DNA of 64,000 bases from Octopus sinensis (lineage: Eukaryota). A program made the position numbers and the translations under genes. Shown here in pieces: positions 27,685 through 59,712 of this stretch; the stretch's first letter is position 1; each line of letters begins with the position of its first letter. Location of the stretch: positions 93,496,001 through 93,560,000 of the forward strand of contig NC_043006.1 of the NCBI RefSeq assembly GCF_006345805.1. The letters run 5' to 3'. The notes beneath the pieces are model-generated. The model saw only the letters and a program-made list of their open reading frames with translations, did no database searches and was not told where the DNA came from.

Positions 27685-27970
27685 GTGGGTTCGATTCCCG
27701 GACCGGGCTGCGTGTTGTGTTCTTGAGAAAGACACATTATTTCACGTTGCTCCAGTTAATTCAGCTGTAGAAATGAGTTGCGACATCACTGGTGCCAAGC
27801 TGTATCGGCCCCTTTGCCTTTCCCTTGGATAACATCGGTGGCGTGGAGAGGGGAGGTTGGTATGCATGGCCACTGCTGGCCTTACACAAAAAACCTTGCC
27901 CAGACTTGTGCCTCGGAGGGTAACTTTCTAGGTGCAATCCTATGGTCCTTCATGACCGAAGGGGGTCTCA
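27685..27970 (+). mobile_element. SINE family B, 5'-truncated, tail iv
   Basis: Aligns to 8600-8852. Confidence 0.85.
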
Positions 27971-28435
27971 CTCTCAAGGATAGTGGTTTATTATAATATT
28001 GCACCCTTCCTTCATATCTTGAGGCGTTGTGCCAACATTAAGAGTCATGTTTACTAATGTATGTCTGCTTCTATGAGGACGTGGATGGGCATCAACTCAA
28101 GTGTCAATTTTGTACTCAACACTGCTCGGAAACAGTCGATCGAGAATATTTCTACTCGTTTTCGTTTCTCAACGGTACATTTAGTACGTGGCGTTCCCTG
28201 GTGGCCAATTTGTGTAAGGGAGATAATCATTTCTACATAATATTTTGCCGCATTACAAGTTTGAATTTAAAACCGAAGAACAAAGTAGAAAATATGTAAA
28301 ATATACATATCTAAATTTACTTTTTATTGTTGGTTATTTATTTTGAAGATCTTAAAATGCTAGTCATTAGTAATCATATAGAGTGCCATTTCATTCTTAT
28401 TAGAAACCGTCAGCATGGCATAACCCGAGATAAAT

Positions 28436-28713
28436 CACGTGATCACCGTGACCGACCAGGTTATCAGATGTTGCTACACATCGCTGGTCACAATGCGCTT
28501 CGCATTGTTTTAGCCTTCAAATGACCAACAGAAGAAAGGGTGAAAGTTGTGGCGAAAGAGTACAGCAGGATCGCCCCTACCACCGCCGGAGCGTCGTAGA
28601 GCTTTAGGTATTTTTCGCTCAATAAACACTCGCAACGCCCGGTCTGGGAATCAAAACCGCGATCCTACGACTGCGTGTCCGCTGCCCTAACCACTGGGCC
28701 ATTGCGCTTCCAC
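28436..28713 (-). mobile_element. SINE family C, tail type ii
   Basis: 14-bp TSD aacccgagrtaaat (one mismatch); aligns to 59713-60037. Confidence 0.85.
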
Positions 28714-29829
28714 AACCCGAGGTAAATAAGTTTAATTAAATTAAACATTTAGTTTTTATCAATATATTGTCACGTGGAATAAGGCAAATAGAGTTAACTT
28801 CATTGGATTTAAGGAACTGTATAGTAATGAACACGAAGTGATACGAGACATCGGAATTAACATACGTTGCAAGGCCGGCCTCTTGAGGACTTTGCTCTTG
28901 ATATGGCTGACACCGAACATATGATTGATAAGTATCATAGAAAGTAAAATATGTAGGAAGCATGGTTTAGAATTAGAGTGGCACAACTAAGCCAAAGACT
29001 GTTTTTGACTGTTGTTATCCTTCACAGGTTGTTTAGACCTAATATTTGTAACCCTTATGTAAAAGTTGTTACAGAGTTCTCTTGACATATTCCGCCTGAC
29101 AATATAAACCTTTAGCCGTTAGATAAACACTGATATAAACGACGTGTTTTAATTCATAAATGTCAGAACTGCTGATTACGAATTGATTAACTCCTAGGTT
29201 GAAATCAAAAGTGATATAAGTTATCAGTTGTCACATTTATATCACGTGCACCAGTTTGTAATCTGTATTTCTATGCCACGTATTTGTTGGTTGTTCTGAG
29301 TGGATTCTCTACAAGTACACAATTAGTTCAATTACATGCTTAGATTTTAAAATCTATGATTTAGATTAACGATAGTTTCATCTTAAGCCATTATCTAGAT
29401 AGAATATTCATCTCTAATATTTGTGGTTAACACTACATCTTATTTATATAAATTATTTCTAGGCTAATGACTTGGCTTTGGACATAGTTTTAGCAATAAA
29501 TGACGAAGGCTAAATCATAAGAAAAAGGGATGATAGAAACACCTAACATATTTGTTTCTACTCTAGGCACAAGGCCCTAATATACCGAACAATTTAACCA
29601 GTATTTGATAGATGTAATTGCATCATAGTCTTGTGTTCTATCGTCGAGGAGGTTTCTACAAAAATAAAAAATGTCTAAATAAATGAGGTAAATAAAAAAT
29701 ACAAGATTTACCAAAGTATGTGAGGAATTCAGTCGATCTGAAAGTATAATAGTTTTAGATTTAAAATCAGTCTTTCTAAGGGCTACGAAGGATGGTGAGT
29801 ATAAAATGTGAAGTGAATAAGGTCAATGC

Positions 29830-30120
29830 AATAGGCGGAAGGTGCTTGGGGAAAATCTGTCACATATCCGGATCCAACAAATTGCCGAATGAGAGGAAGT
29901 GCTCCCAAACTGGTTGCAATATATGAGATTGGGAGTAAAACAGCAGAATTTTTGTATCAGAACAGGACACCAAAGGTAACTTTAAAATGAGCGACATCTT
30001 GGAATAGAAAGGCTGGAAGGCGAAAACCCACCTGGTGCAAAACAATTGAATGCACGCTGAGAGAAATGAAGTGTCCATCGGGTATGATTCCATCAGTTGC
30101 TTAAATATCGGCCTATATCA
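29830..30120 (+). mobile_element. Degenerate RTE-like LINE fragment
   Basis: Across frameshifts: SNKLPNE, NWLQYMRL, WNRKAGRRKPTWCKTIE. Confidence 0.45.
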
Positions 30121-30404
30121 TCGAAGCCTTATTTATAAATTGGTAAGAAGAGAAATAAAGAAAACTACTGTATGATGTTGATGGTTAAGACAACTGTCAA
30201 AACAATCAAGCCCTTGAAGTCCTACTCTTAGGTAGAATGATATAAAAGGCACAATGGGACAGCGAAAGAACTAGAGAGAGGTAATGATTCCATAGATTGT
30301 GAATTGATTATCGAATACCTTATGAATTCAACAGTTTAGATTCATTAAGAAGTAAGAACGTTTTACAGTTCAATTTAAACGTGTGCGTGCGTTCATAAAT
30401 ATAT

Positions 30405-30740
30405 TATACAATAATTCATACTCATAATCATTACGCACACAATCATTACACACAATATTCAGTACACCCAATAATCATTATACAAATTAATCATTGCAAT
30501 AATCATTACACACATAATCATTACACACAATAATCATTACACACAATCATCATTATACACATAATCATTACACACAATAATCCTTACATACAATAATCAT
30601 TACACACATAATCATTGCAATAATCATTACATACAATAATCATTACATACAAAAATCATTGCACACATAATCCTTACACACAATAATCATTACACACAAT
30701 AATCATTGCACGCATAATCTTTACGCATAATATTTACTAC
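30405..30740. repeat. Minisatellite, ~14-17-bp unit (ATAATCATTACACACA)
   Basis: About 20 degenerate tandem copies. Confidence 0.85.
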
Positions 30741-32224
30741 GAAATAATGAATTTTACCCCTCACCCAAATAATGCCATCCTCTGGTCCCTGTAAGCCTTT
30801 AACGGAATTCACTTGATTCCAATCGCTCGGGTCAGTTATTTTTTTAACTATCACCAGTTCGAGGGTGAGGGGCATGGGGAAGTGGAGCATCACTGGTGAC
30901 GCCCTTCCCTCTCTAACTAAGAAGTTAAATATGAACAACTGAGGAATCTTTCATGCGTTAAAAGTTCCCCAATGAAATATAAACGAAAAGTAAATGGGTG
31001 GAACCCCTGGGAGGGGAGAATTTTAATTTGTTAAAACAGGTTTCGATAGTAAAAATTTGAAAACAAACAGTGGTTACCCGGAATAAAAACAATATAGGAA
31101 GGACTAGATTAAGGATTAACAGCTTTTTCTGTAAACGGAGAAAATAGTTTCCACCTGTATTATAGCAAAGTTTTCTGAGAAATTTGTGACCAGGCTAATC
31201 ATTGATATATTTGATCATCACTGGCGGATAATGATGAATCATAAAATGTATATATTGGAAACGTAACATAAATTTTGTGTAAACACGATAAAATATTGAT
31301 TTTTTTAAAACAATAAAACATTGGCACGAGACCACAAAACGATAGAAACGTTAGCGCGTGTGTTGGTATTATGATTTTGTCGCAGTGTCATATTCTTTAA
31401 TAATCAGAGACATCAAGAGGTTGAGGATCAAGATCTTACTATGGGTATCTAAATTGGTTAAGATTTTTTGGGTTTTTTTCCCAAAACAGAAATATCAGAC
31501 TAAAGTTGCTGGTGGAGATAGTGGGATTTCAAATGTAAGCCAGTAATCTGTCGTTTAAGACAGTCTTAGACTTTAGAAAGCTGGAAAAGTATAAGGACAT
31601 TCATTCATGCTTCTTTCGAGGGCATCAGGGGCGTAAAATATTACTGAAACCACATCATACCATAAAGTTGCCAAGAAATTACCGCGAACTTCTGCTGAAA
31701 CTGAACTAACGCGAGAAAGTTTAGCGACAAATAGGAACGAGGAAGAAGTCGCTACTGTTTCTCTTAACCCTGTCGCTATAACAGGAATAGGTTAAACGTC
31801 ATATCTACCGGATTCCTGGCAAAGTGGTTATGAACAACACACTGAAAAAGAAGATGCAGCCGATTCGGTCCATTGGTTTGTCTGCAATCGTTAGCCTTGA
31901 TCTGTACATGCAACAACTTTTCTTTCTTTTCTTTTTTATTTTTGCTCAAGAGCAGAGGTGACGGAAAAAGTTACATCCAGGGTCCAGGTCTGATAGGGTT
32001 AATATCTTAGGAAACAAAGGAAGTTGACCATGGTGTAAGTAAATATTGCAAACACCGCATTGTGCGTCATAGCGTGTGTGCTATTATTTTTATTTTTTGT
32101 AATTAGGTAATTTTTGTTTTGACAATTGATAAAGGTGTTATCATTGATAACACCATTAACTATTGAAAAGTGAATAATATTGCGACACGCGAAGCAATAT
32201 GAACATCGTTAGATTATATTCATT

Positions 32225-32455
32225 TCCTTATTGGTAACAAAAGGCTAAACATAGAGGGGACAAACAAGGGCAAGCAAAGGGATTAAGTCGATTACATCGA
32301 CCCCAATGCGTAACTGGTACTTATTTAATCGACCCCGAAAGGATGAAAGGCAAAGTCGACCTCGGCGGAATTTGAACTCAAAACGTAGCGGCAGACGAAA
32401 TACCGCAAAGCATTTCACCCGGCGTGCTAACGGTTCTTCCAGCTCGCCGCCTTAC
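32225..32455 (-). mobile_element. SINE family A (head + body + linker)
   Basis: Matches the family consensus seen in the other copies. Confidence 0.85.
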
Positions 32456-33176
32456 CATCGCTAGATATATTGCTGTCAATAATTGCGATGTGAGGGCAAG
32501 TGGAGTGGTGGTTAGGGTGTGGCTCTCACGACCGCCGGATCGAGGGTTTGATTCCCGGACCAAGCGGTGCGTTGTGTTCTCGTGCAAAACACTTCATCTC
32601 ACCATGCTCTGCGATCAGAATTGATATCTAACGGGCGATACACCAGGCGCCTGCAAAAGTGATGTTGATTAGAGGGTAATAGAGACCTAACACACAGCAC
32701 AAACATTAGATCGCTACAAAACAATCATCTGTGCCGTTTGTTCAGCAAGAAATGGCGGAACCGTCTCTCACGGACACAAAAGACTACCATTTCTAACTAC
32801 TCTTATAAAAAAAATTTAATACGCACCTGCATGGCTGTGCGGTTAAAAACTTCGCTTTGCAACCACCTGGTTTCGGGTTTAGTCCCGCTGCGTAGCGCCT
32901 TGAGTGATTGTCTTCTGCAGTAGGCCCGTGTCGACCGAAGCCTTGTCACAGGAATGTTAACTGGCGGAAATTATGCACAGGGTTGGCAAAACGTCACTCG
33001 ACAGTAAATCAAACTTCTGTAAATAGTCAACGTTCAAGTGAGTTCAAATCACCGATATTTTCCAACATTTGTCTATTTATTAGCGAAGTCTCAAATAAAA
33101 TTAATTTTTGTTTTAATATTGGTTTTGATTTACTGCCAAATGACTTTTGACCAAACCTGAATAATTATTTATAATG

Positions 33177-33233
<57 letters not shown>

Positions 33234-33427
33234 GTCGGGATTTTATGCCTAATTTTGTGGATGGGAGCACCGCCTTTAGTCGAGCAAATCAACCCCAGCA
33301 GGACTTATTCTTTGGAAGCCTAGTACTTATTCTATCGGACTCTTTTGCCGAACCGCTAATTTACGTAAACATACCACCATCGGTTGTCAAGTGATGTTGG
33401 GGGAGAAACACAGACAGACAAACATGT

Positions 33428-33477
<50 letters not shown>

Positions 33478-33655
33478 TACGGAGATGTACTCGCATAGCA
33501 AGTGATTTGATCTGATGCAGCACGGATTTTTGTCAGTGATTTTTGTCGCGGATTTTAGCGACGAAAATATTTTGACAAATTAAACTTAAATGTTGAAGTG
33601 AATCGAACGGCTTTTGTGTGTTACTTAAATGGCTTACAAACACCTTCCACGCTGC

Positions 33656-33659
<4 letters not shown>
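33478..33659 (+). mobile_element. Second, rearranged copy of the family-C unit: its 3' terminal 38 nt are inverted at the 5' end and the HHR core is eroded (33529-33579)
   Basis: 33516-33659 aligns to 13866-14010; 33478-33515 is the reverse complement of ~14032-14069. Confidence 0.85.
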
Positions 33660-33710
<51 letters not shown>

Positions 33711-33793
33711 GGTCCCGGGTTGATTCGGGGTTAACCACAGTAAATAAGGTACTCAATACATAGCAGAGTAAAATTAATTTATTATATAGAAGG

Positions 33794-33844
33794 AGCTTCT
33801 ACAGGACTAGAACTGTTTCATTCAAGAGAAATCTTCAGGAAGCT
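33794..33844 (-). ncRNA. Type I hammerhead, family B
   Basis: AGCTTC-CTGAAGA-T TTC tctt GAA T-GAA-ACAG ttctagtc CTGT-A-GAAGCT; 6-bp helix I, 4-bp helix III, GUA triplet, U.U at the base of helix II. Confidence 0.68.
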
Positions 33845-34399
33845 AGTTAACAAGAATTGTATTGGCATTTATACATTTAGGCATGTTTAAAGGGGTGGTG
33901 GTGGGGGACTTTTTGGGGGTAGGCATAGCGCAAAAATATCATACTTGGGGGTGTGGTCAAGGAGTCAGTGGTAAATTAGATAGAAGAATAAATAAAAGAA
34001 TAAAAAAAGGAGAATAAAAAAATATATAGAAGAATAGAGTTTTAGGTAAATAAGGAAAATCTCACTTATACCTATACACATATGTATACATATATACACA
34101 CACACACATATACATACACACATACATACACACACACCCATATATATATATATATATATATACACACAGTGTGTATGTATGTGTATGTATATATAAAATA
34201 TTATATAATTAGGGCTTAGTAAAATAAATTACTTTGCCACATACTGAACTTTCTAGAAATAGCAGCCAAATAAGTTTTTTAGCCTTTTCCACTACTTAAA
34301 GAACATTTTCTCTCAGACAATGTTTACTCAAAAAATAATGGTCCTTTTACATACTGAATACTTGGTGAAATTGATTAATAACTAATAATTTACCCTCAA

Positions 34400-34403
34400 T
34401 TGT

Positions 34404-34458
<55 letters not shown>

Positions 34459-34538
34459 GTTATGTATGTGTATGTGTGTGTGTGTGTATATGTGTATATG
34501 TATATATATGTGCGTGTGTATATATATATATTTATTTT

Positions 34539-34576
<38 letters not shown>

Positions 34577-34744
34577 GTATGTGTATGTGTATATATATAT
34601 ATGTATATATGAGTGTACGCGAGTATGTCGATGTATATGTAGGTATGTAGAGTTATGTGTATGTGCATGCATGTGTGTGTATATACAGATTGTAGATGGG
34701 TATATATATGTGTGTGTATATATACATATATATATGTATATATA

Positions 34745-34775
<31 letters not shown>

Positions 34776-34952
34776 GTATATGTGGGTATGTAGAGTTATA
34801 CGTATGTGCATGTGTATATGTATATGTATATGTATATGTATGTGTATGTGTATGTATGTACATATATGTGTGTGTGTATGTGTGTATATGTATGTATATA
34901 TGTATATATGTGTGTATGTGTAGGTGTGGGTATATATATATGTGTGTGTGTG

Positions 34953-34995
<43 letters not shown>

Positions 34996-35249
34996 ATATA
35001 TATATATGTGTGTGTATATGTAATATATATATATATGTGTATATATATGTGAATATGTGTGTGTATGTGTACATGTGTGTATGTGTGTATATATATGTGT
35101 GTATGTATATGTATATATATATATATATTTATATGTATGTATGTATATGTATAAATATATATATATGTGTGTAAGTGTGTGTATATATGTATATGTAAGT
35201 GTGTGAGTGTGTATGAGTATGTATGTATGTTTGCACACATGTATGTATG

Positions 35250-35282
<33 letters not shown>

Positions 35283-35401
35283 ATATATGTGTGTATGTAT
35301 GTGTGTATGTATATGTATGTGTGTGTGTGTATATATGTATGTGTGTGTATGTGTGTATATGTATATGTATGTGTATGTATGTATGTGTATATGTATATAT
35401 A

Positions 35402-35444
<43 letters not shown>

Positions 35445-35768
35445 ATGTGTATGTGTGTATGTATATATATGTATATATGTGTGTATGTGTGTATATGTTA
35501 TATATATATATATATATATAGGTATATATATATATATATGTGTATATGTGCGTGTATGTATATGTATGTTGATATATATGTGCGTGTATGTGTATGTGTA
35601 TACACATATACGTGTATGTATATATATGTGTGTGTATGTGTATGTGTATGTGTATACACATATTACGTGTACGCTCGTGTGTTTAGTTATATGTAGGTAC
35701 GTAGAGTTATGTTGTGTGTATGTATATGTACATATGTGTAAGTATGTGTATATATATATATATATATA

Positions 35769-35801
<33 letters not shown>

Positions 35802-36197
35802 ATTATATATATGTGTGTGTGTGTGTGTGGTGTGTGTGTGTGTAAGTTTATATGTATGTATCCGTCTGTATAATAGGTAACTGCACGTATATACTTAATA
35901 ATATTTATTATTTATTATTTATTTATTTTTTTTTGAGTATGCATGTATGAATAACTGCACGTATATATATTTTATTACTTATTTTTGAGTATGCATGTAA
36001 GTATGAACATAAGGAGTGGCGTGTGTGTGTGTGTATGTGTAAGCATATATATATGTATACTTTTACGCATGTGTATATATGGATGCGCGTGTGTGTGTGT
36101 ATGTATGGGTACGCATGTATATGTGTATGTGCGTGTATGTGTATATGTGTATGTATGTGTGTGTGTATATATGTATATGTATGTATGTATATGTATG

Positions 36198-36236
<39 letters not shown>

Positions 36237-36372
36237 ACGTATATGTGTATGTGTGTATGTATTTGTATGTGTATGCATGCGCGTATATGTATGTATATGT
36301 ATACGTGTGGGTGTGTGTATGTGTGTATATATGTATGTATGTATGGGTGTATGTATGTATGTATGTATGCGG

Positions 36373-36410
<38 letters not shown>

Positions 36411-36868
36411 GTGTGTATGTGTATGTATGTGTGTGTATATATATGTATGTATGTATTTGTATGTAGGTGTATATGTATGTGTGTATATATATTTATCGGT
36501 GTATATGTATAGACTAGTCTTCTAAGATTGTATACATGAATCTGTAGGAACGCGTACGTATGTGTATATACGTGAATGTATGTAGATGTATGTATGTATG
36601 AATATAACGCGTGCGTGCGTGTATGTGTATGAGTGTACGAATGAGTGAGTGTGCGTGCTAATGAGTGTGCGTGCGTGAGTGAGTGCTTGTGTTCAAGTTG
36701 AAAGATAAAAGGGACTAGCTGTCGTAGCCAAGATGCTTGTGACCAGCGGTCAAAGATAACAAAAGTAATAAATGAAGATAATAAAATTAAAATTAGGGAA
36801 TGGGTTTGTATTTGTATGTATATATGTGTGTATGTGTAGGTATGAATAGGTACACATATGTATGTATG

Positions 36869-36906
<38 letters not shown>

Positions 36907-37093
36907 TGTGTATATGTATATATGAGTATATAGGGACTTGTGTGTTGTGTGTGCATGTGTGTATGGATATATGTGTGTGTATGTGTGTATGTGTATGCGT
37001 GTGTATGTATATATTTTTTTGTGTGTATGTGTATGTGTGGTCGTGTGTGTGTATATATACATGTGTGTGTATATGTATATGCATGTATATGTG

Positions 37094-37124
<31 letters not shown>

Positions 37125-37230
37125 GTAGATATATGTATATGGATGTATGTGTATATATATATATGGGTGTTGTGTGTATGTGTGTGTATGTATATATGTG
37201 TGTGTGTGTGTATATATGTATACATATGTG
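34400..37230. repeat. Compound (TA)n/(TG)n/(TATG)n tract with recurring motifs (tagagttat; aactgcacgtatata...gagtatgcatgta x2)
   Basis: Direct reading; source of the long spurious HT/YI ORFs. Confidence 0.9.
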
Positions 37231-37459
37231 TATAGGTAAAGTGAGATTTTCCTTATTTACTAAAACTCTATTCTTCTATATATTTTTTATTCTCCTTTTT
37301 TTATTCTTTTATTTATTCTTCTATCTAATTTACCACTGACTCCTTGACCACTCCCCCAAGTATGATTTTTTTGCGCTATGCCTACCCCCAAAAAGTCCCC
37401 CACCACCACCCCTTTAAACCTGCCTAAATGTATAAATGCCAATACAATTCTTGTTAACT

Positions 37460-37510
37460 AGCTTCCTGAAGATTTCTCTTGAATGAAACAGTTCTAGTCC
37501 TGTAGAAGCT
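37460..37510 (+). ncRNA. Type I hammerhead, family B (identical 51-mer)
   Basis: Same sequence as 33794-33844 on the opposite strand; predicted cut after A37504; AATAAA about 15 nt downstream. Confidence 0.68.
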
Positions 37511-37743
37511 CCTTCTATATAATAAATTAATATATATGTATATATATATATATATACAATATATACATATATACGACTGGCTTCTTTCAGTTTCCGTCTA
37601 CCAAATCCACTCACAAGGCTTTGGTCGGCCCGAGGCTATAGTAGAAGACACTTGCCTAAGGTGCCACGCAGTGGGAATGAACCCGGAACCATGTGATTGG
37701 TATGAAAGCTACTTACCACACAGCCATATATATATATATATAT

Positions 37744-37791
<48 letters not shown>

Positions 37792-37817
37792 TATACGTAT
37801 TAATTTTTGCCTTATTC

Positions 37818-37853
37818 CTTTCTGTCGAAGAGAGAAGGCTCGAAACGTGAAAG
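37818..37853 (+). ncRNA. Family-A hammerhead with non-cleavable GUG triplet, in a TA-flanked solo pLTR (~37796-37932)
   Basis: cttt ctgtcga a gag agaagg ctc gaa acgt g aaag. Confidence 0.55.
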
Positions 37854-37938
37854 ACTTTTCTATTTTTACTGAGCGTTAAACTAATACACCTGCTTGTTGT
37901 TCTGCGTCTTTTGCTTTACTGTAAATTTGAACTATATA

Positions 37939-37973
<35 letters not shown>

Positions 37974-38544
37974 TCATGCATGTATGTACGTATGTGTGCT
38001 TGTGTTTCTGTCTGTTTGTCTGTCTTTGTGGTTGTCCCCCCTCCATCTCCTGAAAACCAGTGTTGCTTAGTTTAGAGTCCCCTAAATTAGCGGTTTGCAA
38101 TAAGAGACTGATAGAATAATTAGCAAGCTTAAGACAAAATTAGTACAGGGATCAGTTTGTCCAACTGAACATTTCAAGGCGGTGCTCCAGCATGGCAGCG
38201 GTCCAGTGACTGAAGAAAGTACAAGATAAAAGATACAAAATACAGAACATGTGCGTGTATGTGTATATGCATGTGTGTGTGTGTCTATGTGTATGTGTGC
38301 GCGTATACTACAGTATATGAATGTGTGTGTGTATTGTGGTAGCCTACTTTTCGTATAGGTTGCAGAGCGTAATCAAATACTTCAGACAAATAATGTAAGC
38401 AAACATCTATGCAAACTTCTCGCGGTCACAAAGAGACGGTGCAAACGTTTGTTTACATTTCCCCAGTGTATTTAATTAAGTCCTTCACAGCTTGCTCAAA
38501 TTTGAAGTATTATAGAATAATTGGCATTCTCCATCTCTGCCTCT

Positions 38545-38626
38545 CTTTCTCATTTTCTCTCTCATTCTCATTTTCTCTCTCTCTCTCTCTCTCTATCTAT
38601 CTCTCTATCTATCTCTCTATCTCTCA

Positions 38627-38660
<34 letters not shown>

Positions 38661-38661
38661 C

Positions 38662-38696
<35 letters not shown>

Positions 38697-38723
38697 CTCT
38701 ATCTATCTATCTATCTATCTATC

Positions 38724-38794
<71 letters not shown>

Positions 38795-38795
38795 C
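38545..38795. repeat. (TC)n/(TCTA)n tract
   Basis: Direct reading. Confidence 0.9.
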
Positions 38796-39046
38796 CCTAC
38801 TCGTCCATCCCTTTGACATATATGTCGCAGGCAATTATTTGCTATGTGCTGCGATACTTTGGATGTTTTCACTCACAGAATAATTCCTCGAAACGCTGAC
38901 AGGTTGTTTAAGCAAGTGAAAGAAGAAATGTGCGCAATAATTTTAACTGTCCACATATAAACTATGTTCGCATATATATGTATATGTGTGCGCGCGTGTG
39001 TGTGTGTGTATGTGTGTGTTATATGTATACATATATATTATGTATT

Positions 39047-39100
<54 letters not shown>

Positions 39101-39374
39101 CACATATACATAATATATATATATATAATTTAATAAAGATATATACATAAACATATATATATTTCTTTATTGCCCACAAGGGGCTAAATATAGAGAGCAC
39201 AAACAAGCACAAAGGGATTAAGTCGATTATATCGACCCCAGTGCGAAACTGGTACTTTATTTATCGACCGCGAAAGGATGAAAGTACATATACATATATA
39301 TATATATAATATATATATATATGCATGTATATATATATATATAATATATATGTACAGGTATTATATATGTGTGC

Positions 39375-39426
<52 letters not shown>

Positions 39427-39733
39427 TGAAAACAGATTAACTATACTATATTGTAGGATTTTATCTATGGACAATGTGTTTGCGTGTGTGCGTGCCATTC
39501 TTGTGTTTGCACACTGTGACATCCCTGTTCAACTTTGTCATTTGTCTGAATGACTGGCCTCTTCCCGTTACCTCAAGTTTGCTGGGGTCGCTTCTCTTCT
39601 CATTAAAAAACAGCCATATCTCGTTTTCGACGACAGACCTATCCTCTCTATGTTTGTGTGTGCGCGCGCGTATGTGTGTGTGTGTGTATGTGTGTGTGGA
39701 TAAAGGAAAGAAAGAAGTGTTACTTATATTGTT

Positions 39734-40302
39734 ATTCCTTTCTATTATAAGCACAAGGCCAGGAATTTCAAGGAGGAGACCAGTCCCTCAGATCGACCTC
39801 AGTACACAACTGGTACTTAATTTATCGGATGCAATGCGAAGTCGACCCCGGCGGAATTTGAACTCAGAACGTAGCGGCAGGCGAAATACCTATTTCTTTA
39901 CTACCTACAAAGGGCTAAACACAGAGAGGACAAACAAGGACAGACAAATGGATTAAGCCGATTATATCGACCCCAGTAACAGGTACTTATTTAATCGACC
40001 CCTAAAGGATTAAAGGCAAAGTCGACCTCGGCGGAATTTGAACTCAGAACGTAACGGCAGACGAAATACCTATTTCTTTATTACCCACAAGGGGCTAAAC
40101 ACAGAGGGGACAAACAAGGATAGACATAGGTATTAAGTCGATTACATCGACCCCAGTGCGTAACTGGTACTTAATTTATCGACCCCGAAAGGATGAAAGG
40201 CAAAGTCGACCTCGGCGGAATTTGAACTCAGAACGTAACGGCAGACGAAATACCGCTAAGCATTTCGCCCGGCGTGCTAACGATTCTGCCAGCTCGCCGC
40301 CT
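39734..40302 (-). mobile_element. SINE family A, trimeric body
   Basis: Three body units joined by the same linker; 14-bp TSD ttacttatattgtt (39720-33 / 40303-16). Confidence 0.9.
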
Positions 40303-41132
40303 TTACTTATATTGTTCTTGAAAACAGTTTGATTCAGCCCCAGCTCATCGGATTCAGAGATCGAATTCTGAGCACGTCGAGCTGGCTTCCTGAAGCGATC
40401 TTACGAAAGCTTAAGCTGCAAGTAACAAGATTAAGCAAAAGACAGTGCAGGAGGAACACGTTTTAGCAAATATAGTTTTAGCATAATGCTTAAAAGGAAT
40501 GGAGGGAATGTTAACATTTCGGACGTTAATTCTTCATGAAAGGAAAAGCATTGGAGGGCTGTGAAAAAGGAAAAAATGTTACTGGAACAAAAGCATTAGT
40601 CAAAACCAAAATAACGGGTGACGGGCTGGAAACCAGATAAAAATGCAATCCTATGGAGAAGATAGAAAGAATGGCTAGCGGTTGCCTGCTTGAGTAGGAG
40701 ATTATCCGTATTTTGAGATATGCCTAAGGGGTGAATGGTGTTTGGGCGTGGTGTTTTGGAATGTATGCATGCGTGTAGAAAGGAAAAAGGAAGAAACAAA
40801 ACACATTTTTCATCCCACTGACCCGCACCACTTATATACCTCTACACACACACAACTCCTTCTTAGGATACAACCGCATTCACATCTCGCTCTTAATATT
40901 TCGCCAGTGTCTTTCGGCTTTGTTTTTGGTTTTTCTTTTCTCAAACACATTTCTTTTTTCTCACTCCGATTTTTCAAGCTGCCGCGTAGTGGAACTGAAC
41001 CCACATCCACAAAGGTACCCTCGGACCTTTGTTAATTCATTCATCATCAATAATACGTATTTTTCATTTGATTTTTTTTTTGTTTTTGTTTTTCAGAGCT
41101 ATCGATTTCACTTTCTAAGAAGTTAATTAACA

Positions 41133-59582
<18,450 letters not shown>

Positions 59583-59712
59583 TATTGAAATAATAATATC
59601 TAGTCACAAACCATCTTTCATACATCGACTCTGTCCTTCATTCCTTGGCTACCTTCATATTTCCATATCTAACGTACTTTATCCAAACCAAGCGAACATA
59701 ATCGGAAATATT

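Larger units (their letters stand above)
33709..37531. mobile_element. Putative non-autonomous PLE derivative: inverted ~380-bp terminal repeats (33775-34160 / ~37155-37531), each with a family-B HHR, around ~3 kb of (TG/TA)-rich sequence
   Basis: The arms are near-perfect reverse complements; both ends abut (TA)n; no coding capacity inside. Confidence 0.7.

Noticed and set aside
31764-32002. TTAA-CCCT ... AGGG-TTAA, possible piggyBac MITE
   Set aside because: The ends match for only ~7 nt; probably termini of unrelated elements or chance.
34543-37225. Long ORFs of 372 and 416 aa and many YI/HT/CV-rich ORFs across the window
   Set aside because: Translations of (TA)n/(CA)n/(TG)n tracts, which lack stop codons in some frames; no splice or domain evidence.
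40385-40420. gcttc CTGAAGC gatcttac GAAAGCTT aagc
   Set aside because: A9 missing, no helix II, helix I out of register.
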